A DNA stretch of 20,000 bases from Malacoraja senta (GCA_038087875.1 JAXLNO010000213.1:495414-515413); one strand, 5' to 3'; counted from the first letter of the stretch, positions 10,601 to 19,463 are shown. Notes: generated from the letters alone by a model not told the origin. Numbers and translations: made by a program.

Positions 10601-11559
10601 TATATTTGGTAAGTCCAGTTTCCTTAAAAACTCATGCATTATATGGGAATCAGTAGGAAAATCTGATTGGTATAGGGAGGTATAAAATTCCTGAAAGGTT
10701 TGATTAATTTCGTCATGGTCTACAGTTACTGTACCATCCCGCTTACTCACTTTAGTAATCTGACGCTTGGCCGACACAGCTTTCAATTGATTAGCAAGTA
10801 ATTTACCAGATTTTTCGCCATGTATAAAAAATTGACTCTTGGTTTTAAGTAACTGGTTCTCAATCGGTGATACTAATAACAAATCATATCTCAATTGAAG
10901 TTCAACTCTATTCTTATAGAGCTATAAACTAGGAACTTTTGAATATTTTTCATCAATTTCTTTAATCTCGTCAGCCAATGTGCGTATTTCTTTTTGTGTT
11001 TCTTTTTTAAATCTCGCAGAGTATGAAATAATTTGGCCACGAATATATGCCTTAAAAGCATCCGAGACTACACCATTGGATATCTCTTCAGTAGAGTTTG
11101 TCAAGAAGTAAAAAGCAATCTGATCTTTCATAAAATTAATAAAGTTTAAGTCTTGAAGCATTAAATCGCCATTGTTTAGCACTAAACTTGGAATCAGGTA
11201 GTTTGATCAATAGTTTCAATGGTGCATGATCAGAAATAGCAATTGCATCATACTCATATGCAATGACCGATGGAACTAGCCGAGAATCTAGTAAAAAATA
11301 GTCGATCCTAGAATAACTACGATATACATGAGAGAAAAATAAAAATTCTTTGTCATTTGGGTGTAATGTTCTCCAAATTTCTAACATTCCCGAGTCAAGT
11401 CAAAATTAATTAATAAAATTAGCTGATTTATTTGGAAGCACATCATCAGATGTAGACCTGTCAATCGCGGGATTCAGACAGCAATTGAAATCTCCACCCA
11501 TTATTAAAAAGTGTTCATTTAAATTAGGAAAGGATGCAATTAACTGTTTAAAAAAACCA
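7653..11559 (-). mobile_element. 5'-truncated, frameshifted fish-type L1 LINE (ORF2 EN-RT-CCHC plus 3' UTR)
   Basis: APE endonuclease motifs MGGDFNC, SRIDYF and ISDHAPL. RT motifs GKAPALDGF, RQGCPLSPLLF and YADDLLL. C-terminal CDRC...LTHMFWSC knuckle. U-rich 3' UTR, AATAAA at ~7674-7679 (minus) and a (GAAA)n tail. ORF2 is broken into at least 6 pieces and ORF1 is absent. Confidence 0.95.
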
Positions 11560-11789
11560 GGAATTCTCTGCCACAGAAGGTAGTTGAGGCCAGTTCATTG
11601 GCTATATTTCAGAGGGAGTTAGATGTGGCTCTTGTGGCTAAAGGGATCAGGGGGTATGGAGAGAAGGCAGGTACAGGATACTGAGTTGGATGATCAGCCA
11701 TGGTCATATTGAATGGCGGCGCAGGCTCGAAGGGCCGAATGGCCTACTCCTGCACCTATTTTCTATGTTTCTATGTCTATGTTTCTATG
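11560..11789 (+). mobile_element. 5'-truncated CR1 3' end with a (TTCTATGT)n tail
   Basis: ggaattctctgccacagaagg...gggccgaatggcctactcctgcacctattttctatgtttctatgtctatgtttctatg. Confidence 0.88.
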
Positions 11790-12156
11790 CAAGTGGTGAA
11801 AGTGGAAAGTGAGTTTGGAATTACAGTTGAGTTTTAAGTACTATCGCTTTCTTCTTCGATAGAGTGAGTTGTGGAGGTCCACGCTTGTGCAAACACTCCG
11901 TTTAATAATTATACGATGCAGCCCCGTCGCTCACGAACTTCAACCACCAAATCCTTTGTACACCAACCCCACGATGGCCGAGTAATTAGTTTGCCCAGAT
12001 CACGACGGTCCGCCACGTGACCACGTAGTTGGTCTGTCCAGATCACGCCCGGTCCACGCAAGAGCTCGTGCCCGAACCACGCCGGTTCGATATCAAAATG
12101 GCTCAGCCCACCACATGACGCCCTCTCCACCTCCAGAACCGGAGTAATGGAGGCGG

Positions 12157-12862
12157 TTAGCTCACGAGTGATTTTTGTTTTTTTAGTAGAGCTAACACTC
12201 GTGGAAACATGTTGATTTTATCTCTGGCTGTATGACAGATTTGACAGTCCGTAGTCGCCTTCCAGAGTGATTCAAAGAGTTTGTGGCCAGTGTGAGAGGG
12301 GTCAGAGTTGATCTTACCCGCTCGTTTCCTGGCCCTTGCAGTGTACAGTTCATCAATGGAGGGAAGGTTGCAGCCAATAACCTTCTCAGCTGATCGGACG
12401 ATTCGCTGCAGCCTCCAGGTGTCGTGCTTGGTGGCTGAGCCAAACCAGGCCATGATGGAGACGATGAGGATAGACTCGACGATGGCCGTGTAGAATTGGA
12501 CCATCATTGCCTTTGGCAGATTGTGCTTCCTCAGCTGCCATAGGAAGTACATCATCTGTTGTGCCCTTTTGACTGTGGAGTCGACGGTGGCCCCCCATTT
12601 AAGGTCCTTGGAGATGATGGTTCTCAGGAACTCAACAGATGTGATTCTGGGGGCCGGAGGTTGCCGACCTCTGCTCTAACATAATCTAAAATACTCCACA
12701 TATGTGACTGTGGTGTTGTTGATGGTGATTGGTGGTGAGGGGAGGGGGAGCGCTACTGAAGTCTACAATCAATTACACTGTCTTAAGAGCATTGAGCTCC
12801 AGGTTGTTGCGTTGGCACCAGGACGCCATGTGTGTCACTTCCTGTCTGCAGGCAAATTTCCT
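12157..12862 (-). mobile_element. Rex1/Babar LINE RT C-terminal fragment
   Basis: WCQRNNLELNALKTV...ITINNTTVT and MYFLWQLRKHNLPKAMMVQFYTAIVESIL...WFGS...RLQRIVRSAEKVIGCNLPSI...DPSHTGHKLF. Confidence 0.88.
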
Positions 12863-13503
12863 GTTGGCTTGATTTGTATCCATGTTGAAATAGTCCCACG
12901 CTCGGGTAGATACATCAGAACTAACCTACGGAAATTAGTTTTGTCACCAGTCTTTATATAATAAATAACCAAAAGTGCGTAACAGCGGACAGCAGGACAA
13001 ATGAGAAATGCCGCAGAAAGAATTCCTACAAGTTCTGTTCAAATCCTAACCGCGTTACTGCATTCCCAGTAGCACAAGTGGGTTAACAAGACTTTTCAAC
13101 CAACTTTGTGCGTGGTGTATAAAGGTCGTGGTTGTCAAACCGGTTGGTCTTGGTTTCAGCAGCCAGGCCGGCCACTGTTCTGATGGATGTGGGCAATGGA
13201 ATCTACGCTGTGGACAGACAGCTGCTTGCACGCACATACTGAGCGCTGCAGCTCACAGAACTACAGCCCGGCAACTCAATCATTAAGCTGGCATTAAGCA
13301 TTATTTCTTTACCTCGGATTAGGCTGTGGGCCGAGCATCACAAATGTGTTTAGAATCCAGTTTTCGTGACCCAAGTCACCAAACTACATGAAATTTTCCA
13401 CAGATTTAGATGAAATATAAGTGAGAAGGATTTCATAACTCGTCATTGCCAAAACCTGCACATTAATCAATTAAACTAATTAGAAAATGAGAACGGGAAA
13501 GTA

Positions 13504-13521
13504 AGCGCCATCTAGTGGCCA
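13504..13521 (-). promoter_or_regulatory. CTCF binding motif
   Basis: Minus strand TGGCCACTAGATGGCGCT closely matches the core CTCF consensus CCASYAGRKGGCRS. Occupancy is untested. Confidence 0.65.
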
Positions 13522-13658
13522 ATGCCCATATTACACCATGGGCAGCCTATTTCCCCGTTGCAGTCCATTTAAACTATATATGATTATACCTATATATACT
13601 AGACTATATACTTGGTCAGTGTGAGAGGGGTCAGAGTTGATCTTACGCACTTGGTCTA

Positions 13659-13660
<2 letters not shown>

Positions 13661-13723
<63 letters not shown>

Positions 13724-13750
13724 TAGATATATATATATATATATATATAT
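13661..13750. repeat. (AT)n microsatellite, ~90 bp, one interruption
   Basis: Read directly; interrupted by agatagagat at 13721-13730. Confidence 0.97.
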
Positions 13751-14984
13751 ACTAGACCAAGTGCAGACCCGTTGGGACTGGACACCGAACGTGCGTTTGC
13801 GGGGGAGTTGGGGGCTGTGGCGTCACACTAACAATCCACTTTCCTCCAAAGCACGGAAGGGGAGAGAGGAGGGGGAGAGAGGAGAAGGCTGGAGAGAGGA
13901 AGGAGAGGATGGGGAGAGAGGTGAAGGGGGGGGGCTTTGGAGCGGGCGTGCATGAGTCGAGCCGCGGGCTGTGAAGAGAGAAGGGCAGAGAGCGAGAGAG
14001 AGAGAGAGGGGAGAGACAGAGACTGGTACACAAAAAAAAGCTGGAGAAACACAGCGGGTGCAGCAGCATCAATGGACCGAAGGTAACAGGCAACGCTTTA
14101 TGCCGAAGCTCATCCTCAGACGGGTTTTCTCCCTAAACGTTGCATATTACCTTCGATCCATAGATGCTTCTGCACCCGCTGAGGTTATACAGCTTTTTTG
14201 TGTGTACCTTAGATTTTCCATCATCTGCAGTTCCGTCTTAAAGACAGAGAGACTGTTGGCGGGCTGTTTTCCCAACGCGCGTTTGCGGGAGGGGGGGGCT
14301 GCGGCATCACACTCACACTAACCACCCCCCAAACACAGGCGGGGGGAGGGGGAGAGGAAGACGGGGTGGGGAGAGAAGAGGGGAGAGGGAGAAGGGGTGT
14401 GGAGAGAAGAGGAGAGGGGGAGGGAGGGGAGAGGGGGAGGAGGAAAGGGGAGAGAGGGTGAAGAGTGAGGAGGGACAGTGGAAGTAGGAGGGGTAGGGAC
14501 AGTCCATTTGTTCCCCATTCCCTATCACCCCCAATCCTCTTTCTCTATTCTCATACACGTGACGACGCCCTTCGACACAGGCTGTGGGGTTGGGGGGGAG
14601 GAGCTGGGGCTGGGGCTGCTGCAAAGGCATATGTAAATTGATCCATTCCGATTGGACATGTGTGAGCATCCGGCATTGTGACATCACACAATGGAAACTT
14701 CACTAACATTCTATGGCTGAGAGCTGTTTTTTAAACATTTTGAAATGTTTGGGGGGAGGGGGGAGAAGTATTTTATTTTAAAAAGTGTACATAAACACGA
14801 CCAAATTTAATCAGCAGTGGCTATTCGTAAAGATAATTGAAATATCTTTAGTAATTGAAAAAAATATCGTCGTTTCCGTGTGCGGTGTGGGCCTAGGGCG
14901 GTATCAAAGGGGCTGGGTGGCACAAGTCAAGCAGGCCGCCGGACGGACGGCGGACGGATGGCAGCCACAGAGTTTTAATATATT
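13751..14984 (+). mobile_element. Unit A of a tandem non-autonomous Helitron/Helentron (DINE-1/HINE-like) element
   Basis: Begins actagaccaagtgcagacccgttggg and ends gcagccacagagttttaatata. Homologous to unit B along its length. No ORF, and no TIR pair that I can see. The family call is inference. Confidence 0.6.
14025..14245. mobile_element. Penelope-type palindromic element (~184-bp fold-back plus tail) inside unit A
   Basis: Arms ggtacacaaaaaaaagctg...cagcgggtgcagcagcatc...cgaaggtaa and ttaccttcg...gatgcttctgcacccgctg...cagcttttttgtgtgtacc. Confidence 0.75.
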
Positions 14985-15429
14985 ACTAGACCAAGTGCAG
15001 ACCCGTTGGGTCTGGACACCGAACGTGCGTTTGCGTGGGGGTGGTTTGGGGTTCTGTGGCGTCACACTAACCAACCCCTTTCCTCCAAAGCACGGAATCC
15101 GGCACCCACAAACACACACAATCATCACACCCCTTGATATTATCTTAATTTTTTAATTTGCTTCTTTTATCCCATCTCCACCCTATCCACTGACGAATAG
15201 CCCTCACTTCTCAGGTGCGTCTAGAGGGGGGGGGGGCAGAGAGAGAAAATTTAATGTTAGAAAAAAAAATTGAAGAGGTGGAGGAGGAGGCGGAAGAGGA
15301 AGGTGGGGAGTGAGGAGGGGGAGAGAGGAGAGGGGTGGAGAGAGGAAGGAGAGGATGGGGAGAGAGGTGAAGGAGGGTGGGGTTGGAGCGGGCGTGCTTG
15401 AGTCGAGCCGCGGGCTGTGAAGAGAGAAG

Positions 15430-15432
<3 letters not shown>

Positions 15433-15519
<87 letters not shown>

Positions 15520-15528
15520 GAGAGAGAG
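15433..15528 (+). repeat. (GA)n microsatellite
   Basis: Read directly; much shorter at the equivalent position in unit A (~13987-14008). Confidence 0.95.
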
Positions 15529-15546
15529 TGGAGAGACAGAGAGACT

Positions 15547-15722
15547 GGTACACAAAAAAAAGCTGGAGAAACAGCGGGTGCAGCAGCATCGATGGAGCGA
15601 AGGAAATAGACAACGCTTTGGGCAGAAGCCCATCCTCAGACGGGTTTTCTCCCGAAACGTTGCCTATTTCCTTTGATCCATAGATCCTGCTGCACCCGCT
15701 GAGGTTATACAGTTTTAAAGAC
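15547..15722. mobile_element. Penelope-type palindromic element inside unit B
   Basis: Arms cagcgggtgcagcagcatcgatggagcgaaggaaatagacaacg / cgttgcctatttcctttgatccatagatcctgctgcacccgctg. The right end is shorter than in unit A. Confidence 0.75.
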
Positions 15723-15811
15723 AGAGAGACGGTTGGCGGGCTGTTTTTCAAACGCGCGTTTGCGGGAGGGGGGCTGCGGCATCACACTCACACTAACCAC
15801 CCCCCAAACAC

Positions 15812-16322
15812 AGGCGAGGGGAGGGGGAGAGAGGAAGACGGAATGGGGAGAGAAGAGGGGAGAGGGAGACGGGTGGGAAGAGGAGAGGGGAGGGAGGGGA
15901 GAGGGGGAGGAGGAAAGGGGAGAGATTGGTGAGGGAGAAGAGAGCAGGGTGGGGGAGAGGGTGAGGGAGGAGAGTGGGGAGTGGGAGGAGAGCGGGGAGG
16001 GCAGGAAGGGGGGAGAGAGGGGGGAGGGGATGTTAGAGGTGGAGAGAGGGGATGAGGGGAAGGGGAGAGGAGTAGGGGGAAGAGAGGGAGAGAGGGAGAG
16101 AGGGACGGGGGAGGGAGGGATGTGGGGGAGGGAGAGGGGAAGTGTGGGGAGTGAGGGGCAGAGGGGTAGCGGGGAGTGGGGCAAGAGAGAGGGGAAGGGG
16201 GTGGGGGTGAGATGGGGGTGAAGAGGGGTGGTGGAGGGGGAAGAGAGGGGGTGGGAGGGGAGGGAGGGGGAGAGGAGAGAGGGTGAAGATTGGGGAGGGA
16301 GTGTGGAAGTGGGAGGGGTAAG
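15812..16322 (+). repeat. G/A-rich low-complexity polypurine tract
   Basis: About 500 bp almost entirely G and A, with many G3-G6 runs. Confidence 0.95.
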
Positions 16323-16845
16323 GACAGTCCATCTGTTCCCCATTCCCTATCACCCCCAATCCTCTTTCTCTATTCCCACACACGTGACGACGCCCTTCGA
16401 CACAGGCTGTGGGGTTGGGGGCGGGGCTGCGGCTGGGGCTGCTGCAAAGGCATATGTAAATGGATCCATTCCGATTGGACATGGGTGCGTGTGAGCATCG
16501 GGCATTGTGACATCACACAATGGAGACTTCACTAACATTCTATGGCTGAGAGATGTTTTTTTTAACATTTTGAAATGTTGTGGGGGGGGAGAAGTAATTA
16601 ATTTAAAAAAGTGTACATAAACACGATCAAATTTAATCAGGAGTGTCTATTCGTAAAGATAAATGTAATCTGTCGGCGTTAAAAATATCGGCGTTTCCGC
16701 GTGCTGTGTGGGCCGAGGGCGGTATCAAAGGGGATTTGTGACACAAGTCAGGCGCATGGCAGCCACAGAGTTTTAATATAATATAGATATATATATATAT
16801 ATAATGAGTGAATGAATGAGTGAATGAACTAGTGAGTGAGTGAAT

Positions 16846-17618
16846 TGTTGTTGTTGTATTCAATTTATTGTCATTATCTCATTTTAGAGATAACGAAATG
16901 TATTTTCCTTACATTCAAGTAACATAAAAATAAATAATAAATAAATAAACTTTTTTTTTAAAGCACCAACACAGACGTCCACACAAGCATAATCCCACAG
17001 TGGCACCAAAGTTAAGGAAGGTACCATAGTCCAGCCACCTCCCCGCCGATCTTCCCAGATGTTCACCCGTAGTCGGGGCCTCCCGAGCACCCGCAGTCGC
17101 CGCCACGGGCGGCCCGATGCTCAGGCCCTCTCGCCGTGAACGGTGTAACCCCTACGGAGAATATCCTCAGCGGCGACCTCCAGATCAGCCACCTCCCACC
17201 GGAGTCCGCAGGCCGAGCCGGGTGGAGTCGCAGGACTCCGCGGTGTAGGTTAGCGCCGCCCGCGTTGGGAGCTCCGCGAATCACAGCTCCGCGCTGTCGG
17301 TGCAGCAGGCCCAGCACTCCGGAGCTCCAAACGGCGATCCCCGGTAAGGCATCGCCCGCCCCGCGATGTTTCCAACGTTGCGCCGCTGCTGCCGGAGCGG
17401 GGGTGGGGGGCGAGGACGCGACTCGAATAATAGTCGCATCGTCTCAAGGAAGCGACTGAAGGACGGTATCCCCCTTACTGTACCCTCTTCCCCCACATAA
17501 AAACCATTTAAAAAACCCACAAAAAAACGCTCTTCAAACATACCAAAAACATAACAAAAATACAAAAAGATACCGGACTGAAGGCGGAGGCAGCTAGCAA
17601 CAGCGCCACCGAATCACC
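16846..17618 (-). mobile_element. Non-coding, GC/CpG-rich non-autonomous retroelement with a Rex1-like 3' end and (CAA)n tail
   Basis: Minus-strand 3' end catttcgtt...aatgacaataaattgaatacaacaacaacaa. It splits a (GAAT/GAGT)n microsatellite (16804-16845 and 17619-17661). Confidence 0.6.
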
Positions 17619-17761
17619 GAGTGAATGTATGAATGAATGAATGTGAATGAATGAGTGAATGTACAGCCTCCAAATCTCATTTTTTCACATTATAAAGGTG
17701 CAATTAAATTAATTAAAGTGCAGACAGATTAATTTTCATAAATTCTGACTTTAGATCTTAC

Positions 17762-17967
17762 CTTTTCAGTTCCATTTAATTCACAAAGTTTGACAGCAGC
17801 ACCTCAGGCAGGGACATTGCTTTCAAGACTTTCTTCCACTTAGCTGCACATTCTTCAGACTTCTTCATGCTTTTCTCACTAAATACAACTACCTTGCTGC
17901 TAGTTTCCACGACGTATTCCACAGAACTAGAAAAAATCTTCGTCGGAATCTCCAGTAAAACAGGCAT
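17762..17967 (-). pseudogene. Probable remnant of the first coding exon of the DNA transposon's transposase
   Basis: ATG-initiated 63-aa ORF just inside the right TIR, reading inward (...VVVFSEKSMKKSEECAAKWKKVL...PEVLLS). A strong donor AAG|GTAAGA follows at 17762/17761. Two minus-strand CCAAT boxes lie upstream (18021-18025, 18062-18066). An in-frame stop 14 nt before the donor suggests decay. Confidence 0.5.
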
Positions 17968-18246
17968 CAGTGAAGCCCTCTCAGTGCACCCTGCCTAGCT
18001 AGCCTGAAACAAAGCGCGTGATTGGCCAACTGGCATACAACTCAATGTTAAACGTGCTTTGATTGGACTAAAAATACCCGAAAACTTTCCGGTTTTTCTC
18101 TAAATTAATGAAAATGTGCAAGTCTTGTTCATGACGAGATTCAGTGGTGATTTATATGATTTTTTTACACAATATGTGAAAATTTCATGTAGTTTGGTGA
18201 CTTGGATCACGAAACACTGGAATAAAGCTCCTCGGCCCACAGCCTA

Positions 18247-18291
18247 GATCTAAATGGCTTACCGCTTTTTCTTAAACTGTGTCCCCTGGTT
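18247..18291 (-). mobile_element. Small CR1 fragment (right half of the DNA transposon target)
   Basis: ctaaatggcttaccgctttttcttaaactgtgtcccctgg aligns with 19617-19660. Confidence 0.75.
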
Positions 18292-18299
18292 ATATCTAT

Positions 18300-18687
18300 A
18301 CACACATAAATAACCAGATAAAGTTCAATGGACTATTAATGTTCATAGTTTTGTTTGAGCTGAGTTTAATAGCTTGATGGCTGCGGGGAAGTAGTTATTC
18401 CTGAACCTGGCCGTTGCAGTCTTCATGCTCCTGTACCTTCTACCTGAAGGTAGCGGGGAGATGAGTGTGTAGCCAGGATGGTGTGGGTCCTTGATGATGC
18501 TGCCAGTCTTTTTGAGGCAGCGACTGCGATAGATCCACTCGATTGGAGCGATGTCACAGCCGATGATGGACTGGGCAGTGTTTACTACCTTTTGCAGTCT
18601 TTTCCGCTCCTGGGCGCACAGGTTGCCGAACCAAGCCATGATACAACCGGTCAGCATGCTCTCTACCGTGCACCCGTAGAAGTTCTT
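18300..18687 (-). mobile_element. Rex1/Babar LINE 3' fragment
   Basis: LTGCIMAWFGNL...RKRLQKVVNTAQSIIG...IIKDPHHPGYTLISPLPSGRRYRS...RFRNNYFPAAIKLLN. Confidence 0.88.
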
Positions 18688-18714
18688 TCAGCATGTAGCA
18701 TTCTTTCTTACCTG

Positions 18715-18804
18715 TAGCTTTTATATCAAGAGGGCTTGTACACAAAAACAGGGATGTAATGTTGAGGCTGTGTAAGTCGCTGGTAAGGCCGCATGTGGAA
18801 TACT
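18715..18804 (+). mobile_element. CR1 ORF2 internal fragment
   Basis: Translates AFISRGLVHKNRDVMLRLCKSLVRPHVEY. Confidence 0.75.
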
Positions 18805-19289
18805 AGACAAAGGAAACACATAACAAACAGTGAAAACTGTATCTATGGTATGGGCTTAGGCTGTGAGGACCGACAGAGCTCACTGACTCTAGCGTTTGCC
18901 CGCTGTGTCCGCGCCGCAATCATACACCAATGTACCGTCCGCCTATATATTTTAATCCACACACGTCCTGGATCGAGCGTGTGGACACACACAGACTGTT
19001 TATACTTCCCAGAACATTCAACGGGTTCTCATATTCACTGCACATTCTCTATCCCTCTATCAACAGTGCATTCATGAGGCAGCTAGACCAGTGATGAAAC
19101 ACGGTATTCGCAATCTGGCCTCACTGGAGTCATCTAACTTTTGATGGTGAAGAAATGTGGAGCGGAAACAGACCACTCTGCTAATATTTCTTCTTTTTTT
19201 AAATAATTATTTAAACTATTTATTCAATTTTAAAGTGTAATATTCTCGCAGTGCGATGTTCCACCTCGGTGTGGCAAATATAATGTATC

Positions 19290-19425
19290 TACTGTTTTAA
19301 ACAGTTAAATAACGTATTGAATGTTTTGGATGTGTTTTAGTCTTGTTTTAACTTGTTTTGGTTGCACTGATCAGGAGTAGCTCTCCGAATGTCGTTGTAT
19401 TTCTAAGTACAATTACAATAAAGGC

Positions 19426-19463
<38 letters not shown>

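Larger units (their letters stand above)
14985..16790 (+). mobile_element. Unit B of the tandem Helitron/Helentron-like element
   Basis: Same start as unit A, with a perfect hairpin CAGACCC-gtt-GGGTCTG at 14998-15014. Same end, gcagccacagagttttaatataatatagat. Longer purine tracts. Confidence 0.6.
13320..18246. mobile_element. Non-autonomous cut-and-paste DNA transposon, Academ-like, with nested insertions
   Basis: Perfect 16-bp termini taggctgtgggccgag / ctcggcccacagccta. Near-identical subterminal inverted blocks at 13357-13402 and 18175-18220, with imperfect inverted similarity extending to ~180 bp. GAT flanks both ends (13317-13319, 18247-18249). Removing the element restores a CR1 segment colinear with 19600-19660. 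Confidence 0.85.

Noticed and set aside
8095..11387. Several 80-220-aa ORFs that look like separate genes
   Set aside because: They are consecutive fragments of one broken L1 ORF2, not host genes or an active element.
13531..16568. Pro/Ser/Leu-rich, Glu/Arg/Gly-rich and (YI)n ORFs
   Set aside because: Translations of (AT)n, (GA)n and polypurine low-complexity DNA.
17063..17565. Arg/Ala/Gly-rich ORFs on both strands
   Set aside because: Expected in GC-rich DNA with few stops; no domain signature.
13319..18247. Alternative reading of the transposon as TA-flanked Tc1/mariner, TWA-flanked Harbinger or hAT
   Set aside because: TTA and TAG do not match as a TWA TSD, and there is no 8-bp duplication. 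The empty-site alignment to CR1 fits a single GAT with TAG...CTA termini.
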